A DNA stretch of 64,000 bases from Marsupella aquatica (taxonomy: Eukaryota; Plantae; Marchantiophyta): positions 4,219,241 through 4,283,240 of the forward strand of contig OZ316899.1 in NCBI GenBank assembly GCA_973895155.1, read 5' to 3'. Under the pieces are notes generated by a model, which was not told the DNA's origin, did not search any database, and was given only the letters and a program-made list of their open reading frames with translations. Each line of letters opens with the position of its first letter. The first letter of the stretch is position 1. This document shows positions 1-11,500 of this stretch, piece by piece. The translations under genes and the position numbers were made by a program.

Positions 1-668
1 CCCGCTTGCCCAATCCTGTCGAACAGCAGCCAAGCCGCGTTTAGTCTCCCAAGGGAGCTTGCGTTGGGGAGGCAAGGCCAAGTAGGTATGGAGGTTGAGT
101 TCCAAGTGTGCTAGGTCCCTAGACCGTCAGTGGGGCAAGTTGGGAGTTGGTTGTACAAGGCGGGGCCATTCTGGTCTCGACGTGCTGGGACAAGCTTTAG
201 GACAAGCTACGCTATTTGGGCCATGAGCATGTCTTGGGGTCAGGGCGGTCAGTTGGTGATGGATAGGTACGAGGGGGAACCCGGGCCGCGCCCAAGGAAG
301 GAGTTGTTCTAGACAAACAGTGGGCGTGGGTTTTGGTTCCGGCTTATGGCATCGGGAGGACCTATTGCTGACCTATTTACCAATGTCTGTTGAGCTTGAG
401 TTGGGATGCTAGACTTGGCAAGTTCTAGATCCTGAGGGGTTACTTACCGAGGTGCTTGGTTGCTTGTGCAGACAGTGAGGACTGTTGAGTAGCGCTCATG
501 TAGGTGAGCAAGTGCGGCTTTGTATGGGAGGGGCCGCTGGTAGTGCAAGGGGCACTAGGGAGCTTGCTCAAGATATTCTGTGGAGGCATTCGGGCACCAG
601 GGTCACTTAGGTGTGAGTGCTGGGATTGGTGAGGGCACTGGGTGGCTTGGTCCACCATTGAACTTTGA
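1..668 (+). repeat. Family A (chromovirus) LTR, 3' part, cut by the window start
   Basis: Collinear with 24456-25396 (+) and the reverse complement of ~62430-63100, which lies next to a PBS. Shared motif GGGACAAGCTTTAGGACAAGCTAC. End placed at CCACCATTGAA. Confidence 0.8.
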
Positions 669-986
669 GAAGCTTCTGGAACTCGGAACGGTGAACTATT
701 CACACGTGCTGTCCCAATGACTCTGCAAGCTGCAGGAAAACTGAACACTTATTGACCACGATTCCCAAGGACCATTTGGGAAAGGGCCGAGTCTAGACTT
801 TGCAATCCATTCCCCCGCTTGCTCATACCTCAAGTCCAGGCAATGCAAAGACCAATCGTCGTATCGGTCTTTGTATTTTTGCCTCCTATTCCTCACACGG
901 AGACTGAAAGATCCATCATTGAAGGTGAGTTGAATGTGACGACTTGAATGTTGAGTGCGATTGGGACAAGCTTTAGGACAAGCTAC

Positions 987-1494
987 AAAAACAAGGTGTT
1001 TGTGTGGACACAAGATTGCGAGTTAGCATTCCTAGAACTCAAGCGACTAATGATAACGCCGCCAATTCTAAAGTTACCTGAGATGGGAAAGCCCTTTGAG
1101 ATTTGGACAGACGCAAGTGATTATGCCATTGGCGCCTGTCTTCACCAAGACGGGCGTCTTATGGCCTTTGAGTCATGTAAGTTGGAAAATCATTGGATCG
1201 CCCCGGAAAGGGAAATGTATGCAGTGATCTATGCATTGAAGGAGTGGGAGATGTACCTTAAGAACAATCCCAAGGTGATAATACACACAGATAGCTTGTC
1301 GGCCGAGTACTTCAGTTCTTACCCAAGGCTGAACCCCAAGGAAATGCTTTGGCAGATGTTCTTGGCAGGCTTTGATTTCAAAGTCTGTCACGTTCCTAGG
1401 AAAACAAACATGGCAGTTGACGCTTTATCACATAGGGACCATCATTGTGTCAATGGGATCACAATGCTTGAATCTGAGTGGCCAAAGGTGTTGG
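987..1494 (+). pseudogene. pol: Family A Ty3/gypsy RT-connection/RNase H fragment (A1), cut by element B
   Basis: KNKVFVWT..CELAF, EIWTDASDYAIGA, W..FL..FDFKV.H.P.KTN..ADALS motifs. Homologous to 23680-24150. Frame runs into the B LTR at 1495. Confidence 0.9.
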
Positions 1495-3483
1495 TGTTAA
1501 ATGCCCAGTTTGACTTGCGATTAACGGACATCTAACTGCCTTCTTCACAGTATCTCCCGCTTAAACGATCAACCGACCTTCTAGCGGGGTACTCCCCTCT
1601 TCCTCTATATAGTCCCCGTAAGTGAATCCTACCAAGTGCTCTATAATGTCTAACTCTTCCTTCCACTTCTTGGGCACAACTGCTTCAGTCAACACCAGAC
1701 CCTCCCTGTAGATGATCTCGATAAACCCACACCAGTAGCGGTAAGTAATTAAACAGATGGGAATACTCTCCTGGCGTAACGCTCGGGTAATCAGGTGGGA
1801 ACCGATGGAACAGATCCACAATTCCAGTGGTCTTAACTTAATCAAGGAGCAAGGCTTGTCCTCCTTACTGTCTACATTCATGGTTGTTATAGTAGCAGTG
1901 ACCGGGGTAGGTCCTGCTGTCCCTCAATCGGCCTTCCTGGCAATCGATCTGTCTTTGGCTAAATCAAGCAATTTAAATAGAGGTATCCGTAGTAGGAACC
2001 CCAGTTTAACGGTTGACCCTGTATGTTGAAGGTGTATGACGACCAAGGTCACGTCCTGGATACACACAATCTCCAACCAGACCTTGCTTCCCACGAGCTG
2101 TCTGTTAAATCGCTGCCTTAACGTGCTAAACCGTAAGGTCCTCACTCGTAGTGAGACGATTTCCATTCATCCCAGCGATTTACGATTAATCGACTTAACA
2201 CATGTTCCTAACGAGTACTTCGCGCGAACTCCCATAACCGCACTCCTCGACTCTCAGTATTAATCACGAATGCCTCTCCTTCTTCGAATGACTTTCAAAG
2301 TTACTGTTTATTCTGACTTAATTCACAACATTCTTCCAATGTTGAATCTGGACTCTTACTCACCGCTCAAGCACAAGGTAATGAAGTTCCTCTGCACTCT
2401 ATTGCATTCATACACATCTCTTTATAATCGAAAACTACTCAAAACGAGTAGGGACACTAATACAAAACGCTGGTAATCTTGAGGTGAGTCCGGCTCTACC
2501 TCTCAACCAAGCTCCTAGCACAAAGTGACAGAGCGCCTAGCGTTCCACAGCCTCTAAATACCTATGCCTCGTGTCCGTCTTTGCTGAGGTTTCTAACTAC
2601 TTTCCGGGGCGCGCCGACTTCAGTTGGACGGTTTGCCCTTCAGCCGCGGTCTCCTGCGCTAATCTGCCAAGAAACTCTAACTGTCTCCTGCCAAGAATGA
2701 TGAGCGAGCCAAGAACCGTGTTTACATGTCAAGAAGATTCCCGTGGTTACTGAACTGTGCAACGACGCCTTTGATTCTCTTCTTTGATGGCGCCTGAACT
2801 GGAAGCTTCCGGACTTTCGATCGCCAATCCTGCTAAGTGTGAAACGACATTTAGGTTATCGTCCCCTTCCTTAGCGGTAGTCGCTTTGTTGGCGACAATT
2901 ACTTGACCGGCGGTGATTAATCGCCATGCAATCCGTTGATCGCAGTTGTTATCCCGCCTTAGTACCAGATTCCACTTCTTCCGCATGACATTTCTGCAGA
3001 ATTCCTCAATGGCCCCGCTGGTCGTGAATCGCTGATGAAACTCTTCGCCCTTCATTCCAAACAATTGTTGCCCGGCCTCATCCCAGACACGATAGCTCCC
3101 TTCTTTCACCCGAATGGTGAACATAAACATAAGCACTCCTTCGCCTAGCGGTTTACACCTATGCCCTACTCGATTTCGGCTAATAGGGGTTCCCATGTCG
3201 GTCCCCTCTTGTCTTTTCTGTTGAGCCCTTGTGCCTAAGGCACAGACCTTGCCATCTGCTAGAAAGCCATCGCAACCTTCATAACAGAACTCTACTCCTA
3301 TCCGGCCACTAATCACGATGATCGTCGCCTCTCCTAATTCTAGCCTTTCCGCCATTCTAACAGGATGCAATGAACTGCTACCGGTCCTTGCGTGCTGCTC
3401 CCTAAATACCCTGGATTAACTTCTGGCTGACGCTTCTAAGACTAAAGGACTATAATTTAACCGGTGTAATGTTACCGTTTACA
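1495..3483 (-). repeat. Element B 3' LTR
   Basis: TGTTAA...TTTACA. Matches 17345-19333 at offset 15850, roughly 2-3% divergent by eye, mostly transitions. Confidence 0.97.
2747..3355 (-). CDS. RPA1 C-terminal (DBD-C)-like OB-fold protein, ~202 aa, inside the B 3' LTR
   Basis: First ATG at 3355 (MAERLEL). Pattern ATI..I......CYEGC......KVC...HRC......FMFTIRV......WDEAGQQLFGMKGEEF resembles the Zn-finger-containing OB fold of RPA70 DBD-C. Confidence 0.65.
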   Translation of the reverse strand: MAERLELGEATIIVISGRIGVEFCYEGCDGFLADGKVCALGTRAQQKRQEGTDMGTPISRNRVGHRCKPLGEGVLMFMFTIRVKEGSYRVWDEAGQQLFGMKGEEFHQRFTTSGAIEEFCRNVMRKKWNLVLRRDNNCDQRIAWRLITAGQVIVANKATTAKEGDDNLNVVSHLAGLAIESPEASSSGAIKEENQRRRCTVQ

Positions 3484-3500
3484 TCCTCCTTTACTTACCT
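3484..3500 (-). promoter_or_regulatory. Polypurine tract of element B
   Basis: AGGTAAGTAAAGGAGGA abuts the TG start of the 3' LTR on the minus strand. Confidence 0.85.
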
Positions 3501-3545
3501 ACGGACTCGCCCTCGATGTCCGTATTGCTCGGTAATCGTTGCTGC

Positions 3546-6500
3546 TTATTCGACTCCATTGCCCCTGCTAACACCTGGTTTCTTAATTGGGGTGATCTGT
3601 GTTCGGACTTGTGCCTTGAGCTTCCTCACCTCTGACCTGAGATCTAGAATAGATCTTTCCTTGTCTTCCAATTCTTGCGACAATTGGTCATGCTCTGACC
3701 TGAGCTGTTCCAGCTCCCCATTCGCTTTGCTCCCCTCTGGTCGTTGTTTCAAGGCGTCTGCAAGTTGTACTTCTAATTGACCGATCCTACTTTCGGCTGC
3801 TTCCTTATACCTTGCGGTCTCCAGCGTGGATTCTCCTGAAGCCGTTGTTGGATCCCCTTGTAAGGTGGCTTGGCTGAGTTGTGTATCCAGATCCTTGATT
3901 TTGCTTCAGTTCTTCTACACGTTGGCGTTTGACTTCCCACTTGCTGGCTATGCTCTGTTGCTGTGCTGCTTCTTCTTTGAGTTGGAGTCTCAACTTCTCG
4001 ATCTCCTTTAGCTTCTCTATACCCTGCTTCGTCTGTAGGTTGGCTTTTCGGTTCTCCATCTTTACCGTGGTAATCGCTGCTCGGATGGCCACGATTACTT
4101 CCTTATAGTTGCTTGTTAACCCCCCCGCTTGTATCTTCTCGATGCCCAGGAATTCGGCTAAGTCTTTGATGGCTGTTTCTTCGTGCCTCCATCCTCGTTC
4201 ACTAGTCGCTAATCGATCGTTTTCTTGTAACAACTCTGCATTTCGGGTGAGTAACTTCTTAATCGTCCCCTCGGCCTCTACTGCCCATTTTATCGATTCT
4301 TCTTGCTGGGCTAACTTCCTTGCCATGTCTTCTTCCTGCTTGGCTAACTTCCTTGCCATGTCTTCTTCCTGGTTGGCTAACTTCCTTGCCATGTCTTCTT
4401 CCTGCTTGTCCCACTGCAACTGTAATAGAGCACTTTGTATCCCCTGATAAATTGACATCTGACTGACGATCTGTCCCACCATGACGTTGAAAATGCTATT
4501 CTTTTGTACCATTTCGATCTCAGCTCGTAGCCCTTCCAATCCTCCCTCATGCAGTACTAGTTTTCCCTCTTTTTCTCTAATCGCTGATAAAGCGTAATTA
4601 AGATCCTCGTCTTCAATCACTGCCGTCGAGTACTTCCTGGTTTCAGCTGGTCCCTCCTGGTCCTTCGTTGGTGGTTGCTCCGTGACCATACTCCTCGTTA
4701 CTCGCATTGGCGATCGATCGTCTCCTAGTTGATTATCTTCTTTGTATGCATTGTCGTCCTGCCTTGCGCTCTTGCGCTTCTCGGTCGGTTCGACCTTCTC
4801 TGTCTTGTCTGCGGTCTTGGGTCGTGCTACTGCTGGACTTCCTCTCTTGCAATGTCCGAGGGTCGGTCTTGATGATTTTCCCCCTGCATCTCCCTTGGTT
4901 CTCGGTGGGCCTCCACGTGGAGATGAATTTGCTGTAGTCCTCGGCTTGTAGCTCAGTTGGAACACTCCACGTCGAATTCACGAAATCCTCTAATCCTTGC
5001 GAACGTAAGAACTTCCGGTGAGTTGGGTCTCTCATGTTCTTCAAGATATGGGGCTCCATCCTTTCGAATTTAAGCACATGGAAAACTTCCCTCGGACGGG
5101 CTCTACTCGATCCAACTGACTTCTTCTTCTGGACTGCTGTTTCGTTGCCAAGCTCTTCTTCCTCGCTGGCTGAGCTACTCTCTTCTTTTTCCTCCTCGGG
5201 TTCGATTATCTTGGCCTTCTTCTTCTCTGAATCGATCGCTCTCCTCTTGGGCCGTTCCTCGTTAATAAATTTCACCTTGTTCGGGCGAGTTCTCTTCGTG
5301 TCGGGAGGCGTCGATTTCTCAAGTATGGCTGCTGTGACTGCCGCAATCTCCACCTCCGGGTCAGTTTCGGTCAGCCAATCTACAAGCGTAAATTTTTGTT
5401 TTACCTGCGGTCCTTCATTCCCCACTGACAGCACCTCCGACCTCTCGACCTGAGCTTCCGGTACCTTGATCGGTACTTCCTTTTCTACTTTGACATCCTG
5501 CCGCTCGGACCCCGGCTCCATTTTGAGTTCTTGCTCTCCCATTTCCGTCTCCGCTCCTGCTATACTATCGGTGATCGGTGGCTGCTTCCCGACGACTCCT
5601 TGATCATTAATAGTCGTGTCCGCGAGGACTTCTTGCACCTCTGTTTCTATTTCTTCCGCATGTTCTTCTTCTGTGTATGACGTCGTTCCTTCCATGGCTG
5701 GCGTTTCTAGCAGTTCTGCCATCGTCGTGCGTTTCCTGGGGTACTCGTCTGCAAGTTTGCCTGCTCTCTTGAGGGTTACTACCTTCATTCCTACAGGCAA
5801 TGTGTAATATTTGCTCCCCACTCTTGTCCACTCGAACCTCAGTGCTCGCTGATAGCCGCTCCACTCTGCAGTCGCTCGTAGCTTCCGCGCCAACCGCAAA
5901 TAGGGTTTCCATCTTAGCAACTCCCTCGCTGATAGGGGTATTTGATTCTCGGACTCCCCCGTCTCGTAAGCTTTTAGAAGCACATGTAATTTTCCCGTGG
6001 AATAGTTCTCTATGCACGGTATTGAGTTAGGTCCTATCAGTATCCGATCCACCATCCAGGTGGACGATTTTCCGTGAGTACACCCTACGATCACTACCCT
6101 ATACGGAAATCGTTCCCGCTCTTCTTCCTGTCCTTTTGTTAGTTTGTATTTCCAATCATGAACTTGAAATATTTCCGATAGATCTTCTGCTGCTAGTACA
6201 ATTGATTTGATTTGGCTTGTCTTCGCTGAACTAAACGGTCCGCTTGATGGGACTACTTCATTCACGTAATCTGCTAGCGTACATCCCTTAATCGCTGCTG
6301 TCCGTACTTGTTCGTTTGTTCGGTCCCTTCGCTGCTGTCGATAGTGGTTAGAGGTGGTACTTGGCCTGGCCGGGCGAGCCAAGGACGGTCCTGTGTGCGC
6401 TGGTAGTTCTTCCCCTTCTGTGGTCTCCGCCGCTGCGGGGTAGGGAGCCACGCTTATACAAGCCACGACTCTGGGAGATGATTGGTACTCCCCTAACCCT

Positions 6501-6685
6501 ACTTGATTCCGGTTTCTTGTAGCAGCTAATGGTTGATAGCGGTCGCTATCCTCGGCCCGTGTTGGTACTGCATCGTGGTCATTTCTGCCGTCATCTTTGT
6601 TCAGGTAGTCGTTAACCGTGCTTTCTACCTCCCGCAAGTACACGTTGTTTCTAACGTGATATGTCTTCATTTTGTTCCCGTTCAT
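3546..6685 (-). pseudogene. Accessory region continuing from integrase: unknown domain, PMD-like module and coiled coil; broken by two frame changes (~4850, ~3895)
   Basis: ORFs 4733-6685, 3805-4965 and 3546-3752 join into one reading path. The first begins with the integrase end motif NGNKMKTYH. GLEDFV..TW..P...D..KFI.TWRP matches the X ORF. Long heptad-rich segment. Confidence 0.7.
4310..4405. repeat. 33-bp tandem repeat x3 encoding EEDMARKLA.Q
   Basis: CTTCCTTGCCATGTCTTCTTCCTG.TTGGCTAA repeated; ends approximate. Confidence 0.9.
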
Positions 6686-8204
6686 CAGCTGCTGCTCGCT
6701 GCCGTCCTGGCTGGCAATTTCGAAGGTTCCATTCCCCCATACCTTGAGTATAGTGAAAGACCCTTCCCACTTAAGTCTTAACTACCCTTTTTTTATGCGT
6801 GCCCTTTTCCGGCACCAAAGTACCAATTCTCCTTCAGTGAACGTGGTGACATCCCGTTGATCGTCTATCCGTCGTTTGCGTTGTCCTTGTACGTATTCTA
6901 ATCGTTCTTCAGCCTTCCTTCGAGTTTTGGTTACCTCCAGTAATGTCCTTAATCGTTTGCTTAAAGATTAATGTTGTACCCGACGGCGATTTGCAGATTG
7001 GGAAGTTCGTAATCTGCTGGCATACGAGCTTCTACTCCAAACATTAACTAAAAGGGAGTGTGGCCCGTGGTTACCTTATACGCCGTTCGGAATGCCCATA
7101 CTGCGGCGGGTAGCTGAACGTCCCAATCATTCTGTTGGTTGTTAATCACTTTCCGTAAAACGTTGAGTAGGATCTTATTCGTCGATTCCGCTTGTCCGTT
7201 ACACTATGGGTAGTAGGGCGTTGAGAACCGGTGACTGATATGATAGTTGTCGGTTAGCTCCTGGATGACCTTGTTTATGAAGTGCGACCCCTGATCGCTT
7301 ACTAGTTCCCCCGGTAATCCGTACCTTGTAATGATGTTTTGATATATGAACTTAGCCGTTACTTGCGCGGTGTTGTCGCGAGTTGCGACTGCCTCTACCC
7401 ATTTCGTCGTGTACTCCGTTGCTGCCAAAATATACTGATTCTGGCTATACCTGGAAGGTGGGGTAATGGGCCCGATGAAGTCCAATCCCCATTTCTGGAA
7501 GATGTACGACGCTATTATGGGCCGGAATTCCATGTTTTCTTTTATTGGGCCCGTTCGCTGACACAAATCGCAAGTCTTCACAAACTCCCGAGTGTCCTTA
7601 TGGATCGTTGCCCACCAGCGTCCTTGCTGCAGAATCTTCCTTATGGTGATTTTGGTGCCAAAATGTCCTCCGCCTAGCCCCTCATGTGCCGCGATCAAGG
7701 CTTCCTACTTCTCCTCTTCTGGGATGACCCTTCGTAGTATATCATCCGGCCCTTTGTAATAAAGCACGTGGTTGATTAAAGTATAGGGCCTCGCCTTGTA
7801 TGCATAGATTTTCCTCTCTTTACTGGATAACCCGTCGGGGTATTCTGCTGTGCGTAAATACCTTTCTAACGCCGGTTCGTCATCTAAGGTGACCAGTTTT
7901 ACATGGTATGTCTCTTGATCGCCTTGGAATAACTCCATATCAGGCAATTGATCATCCCCTTCCTTACAGGTCTCTCCTGACTCTAATCTACTAAGATAAT
8001 CGGGTATAACATGGGTCTTCCCTGGTTTATAAATGATGGTGTAATCGAATTCTGCTAGCAGTAAAATCCACCTTGCTATTCTGCCTGACAATTGCGGTTT
8101 GTTTACCAAATTGACTAAGGCATTGTGGTCTACATAAAACACAAAGCGATTACCGAGTAAATAATGCCTGAATTTCTTTACGGCAAATATCATGGCTAAC
8201 GCTT
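6686..8204 (-). pseudogene. pol: Element B RNase H (3' half) and integrase, disrupted
   Basis: FAVKKFRHYLLG, DYLSR, H....GGHFG...C..CQ, KWGLDFIGP, SDQGSHF. In-frame TAGs at 7705 and 7204 and later frameshifts. Confidence 0.93.
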
Positions 8205-8577
8205 TGTGATGCCTAGACAGGAATCACTCGGCCGGTTAAGTGGGTAAAGCAGGAAGGCACCCTAGGAACACCTTAGTATAGTGACAAAACAAGGAAAATA
8301 TAAACAATTAGGGGCAACCATGGAACCCGGGCCGAGGCCGGAGGTAAGGCTAAGGGTGAAAACCCGATTAGGGTTAGGGCGCGTTAAGCGTCGGCGGCTA
8401 GGAAGGATCAACGGGAAGAAGGACCGGCAAAGGAGAGGGGTAAGGAGCGCTTGCAGGAAATAGTGGCTCATTTGCGAGCACGAACTAGGCAGACGACTAC
8501 GGGAGGCCAACTACTGTCAGCTGCTTAGGCAAGCACTCGGGGAGAGAGTAGATACCGACGATCAACCTAAGGAGGGT

Positions 8578-11500
8578 ATGAGCAACGTCAATCAAGCGGC
8601 ACATTTCTGGGGATGCCTGTTCGAACGGGCAACTGAGTACATCAAGACTTACGAGGACGAGGAATCAGAAAGGGCAGCTAGAGAACGGCAGGAGCTCGCT
8701 CGATTGTGGGAGCTGCAGAAGACGGCTTTCTTAGGAGGCGAACTCATCAAGGACGAGTTCCTGTGGACGCCTACTTCCAATCAACTCGACGATCTTCTGT
8801 TTTGCAAAGACAGCGTCGTCGGCATCCGAGAGGCCATCAAGAACTGCAACGACATACACTGGGAATTAAAGGGTAGCACGGAAAGGTGGACCCAGGCAAC
8901 GGTGCTAGGAGAAACCTCCACGGCAGCAGAGATGAAGAGGAAGGGAGCCGTCAACGATGAAGCCACCCCGGCAAAAAGAACGAGATCGGCGGCACCAAAG
9001 AAGCCAGCCGAGCAGCAGAGCAGGAGGCAGGGAGAAGCCGAAGAAGAGGAGGTCGATCCCATCAAGGCCATTCCAACCAGGGATGACACCTGGAAGGGCT
9101 GGGCGGCAACCCTACCGGTGGAGGTGCAACTACATTTTGCACGGGAGGAGGATGCATGCTTTACGGCCATGCAGACCAAGAAGTACCAAGGCTTCATGGC
9201 CGGATCCGGCTTGGAGGCCTTTGTAAGATTACCATGGCTGAAGCCGGAGGTACCGGAGTCAGACCTATTAGAATTCGTGGGGTCATGGGAACCCGAGACC
9301 AATTGCACGAGGATATATGGGAAGGATTTCTATCTTACTCCCAAGGTAATTGCCGAAGTGTTTGGCCTGCCGATAGGCAATAAGACCAAAGTTGATACCA
9401 GGAAGACCTTGCCTGACAAGGAGTTCCGGTCGTTCCCCGGGCCATCAACGAAGAATGGCTTCTTCCGGAACACCTGCACCAACCCGCACATAGGAGAGAT
9501 GATCGACTTCTTGCGGGTGACCATGCATTGTAACTTGCCGAGGGCAGAGATCGGCAAGGCACAGGTCTATCTGGCAGAAAGGCCAGACCCAAGCCGGGAC
9601 TACAACGGGTACCTCCTCAACCAATTGAAGAAGATCTTAAAGGAGGAGCAGCAGGTAATCGGCATGGGGAGCGTGTCGCGGCTTGGCTATCACATGCCGC
9701 TGTTGTGCCGGTATGCCAGAGGTCAGACTTTTGCCCCGGTACTTCCCCTGCAGGTAAGGGCACCCGAGGAAGCTCCAACGCCGAGGCCGTTGGCTGAGAA
9801 GCCTCAACCACCTGTTAGTCCTACGATCGAGCAGGTGTTTAGGCCCAGGAAGGAGGACTTGCCGATGCAGCAACCAGGCATGCAGAGTCTGCTGAAACTA
9901 CTGGAGAAAGAAAAGAAATCGGCATCGGCAACAACAACGGCAACGGCAACAATGCAGGACACTACTACAGAGGTAGGCCTACACCGGCTCACAAAAACCC
10001 CTTTGCTGGAGACAAGGAGAGAATCAGGCCGAAATCCAAGCCAGGTGTTCGAATGTACGTGGGAACCTCAAGCTCCGAATCTGAGGCAGAATTGCCTGAA
10101 GCTCCTACCGACGAAGAGGAGAGGGAGAAGCCGGACGTCCAAGAGGTAGAGGAGGCAGTGGAGGACTGCAGCCATGATAATTCCGGCTATGGGTCGGACC
10201 ATCACGTTCCAGGAGTAAGGACCTGTGGCCGGTTTGTCCCCACACTTCCAAGGGTAGTGCGAGGGGACCCCAACCAGCAGAGTAGCCCTGAGTCTCCCCC
10301 ACCAGACGTTGCCCCCCCGAGCTTCGACGGCATAAAACAGACGGTGCAGGAATTTCAGGAGCGAATCAAGCAGGAAGAGGAGGCCGCCCTGGCTAAGGAA
10401 AAGGATTTACCAGGAGGAGATTGGCCGGAGGACATCAGGCGGCTAGCCGAAAAAGGAAGCAAACCTCTAGCCACGATTGAAGAGATCCGCAGGACGGCTT
10501 GGGAGCAGAGGCCACGATGGGCGATGCCGATCACTTCTACTTACTCCACCTACGCTAAGAATAGAGCCATGGAGTATGGTGAGATGTGTGGGGAACTTGC
10601 GCTCGGCATCTTTGGAGAGGAGTTGGAGGTAGGACCCTTTTTCCATAGGGAGCAGTTGGAGAAGCACCAATTAGAAGAAGCGGTGGCTTTAGAGAGAAGC
10701 AAGAAGGACGAGGTCATTCGGCGGCTTAGGAGGATGGAAGCCGAGATTGAAGATCTAAGGGCGGCCAAGAAAGCCCAAGATGAACTGCGGATTAAACGAC
10801 ATGAGCTGAACATCATGCAGGGGCAGTTGGACACCGCGCAGGCTGATAATCAGAATATCAAGGATAAACTGACTCAGACGCAGGAAGAGTTGGCCGACAC
10901 GATCAAAGAGAGGGAGAAGTGGAAGCAAGAGCTGAAGAATACAGAGGAGGCCCACATAACAGCCAACAGCCGGGCCATGGCGGAGACCCAAAGAAAGGAA
11001 TGGGCGTTGAAAGGGGAGCTCGAGAAAATCCGCGGAGCCCTTGAGCAGAAGGAGGCCGAGTTAGGGAAATCCTATCAAGGGATTATGGCGCTGCAGCAGG
11101 AGCTTGCGTCCCTGACGGCCAGCTTCAAGGCCGACCTAAGGGAGAAGGACGAGATGCTCGAACAGACTTACGCCAAGATGAATCAGATGGAGTCTGTCAT
11201 CATTGCAGAGCTCGACAAGGAGCTAAGAGTAACCCAGGAGGAGAGGGCTACCTTGAAGAAGGAATTGGAGGAAGCCCACAGGGAGCAGGAGGAGGCCAAA
11301 AACGAGCTGGAGGGAGCACGTAAGGACCTGGATGAAACCCAAGAGGAGTTGGAGGAAATCACGAGGAAGATGGAGAACCTACAGCGGCGGGCCGACAACC
11401 AAACTGAGCGGCTGAAGAAACAAGCCGCAGTATTTAAATGCTTAGCTGCAGCAGGTCCATCTCCCGTTGGGACAAACCAGTTACCAGGGGTGGTAATTGC

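Noticed and set aside
669-945. Possible host exon fragment (ORF 696-1013, minus)
   Set aside because: No recognisable motif; the ORF crosses a chimeric junction; unexplained but unsupported.
2747-3355. Helitron insertion as the carrier of the RPA-like ORF
   Set aside because: No Rep/helicase, and I saw no TC start or hairpin-CTRR end; the ORF is an integral part of both LTRs. An ancient Helitron origin is not excluded.
4310-4405. CRISPR-like or regulatory repeat array
   Set aside because: Head-to-tail coding repeat without spacers; eukaryotic TE context.
3546-6685. Envelope gene
   Set aside because: No signal peptide or transmembrane stretch visible; sequence is highly charged.
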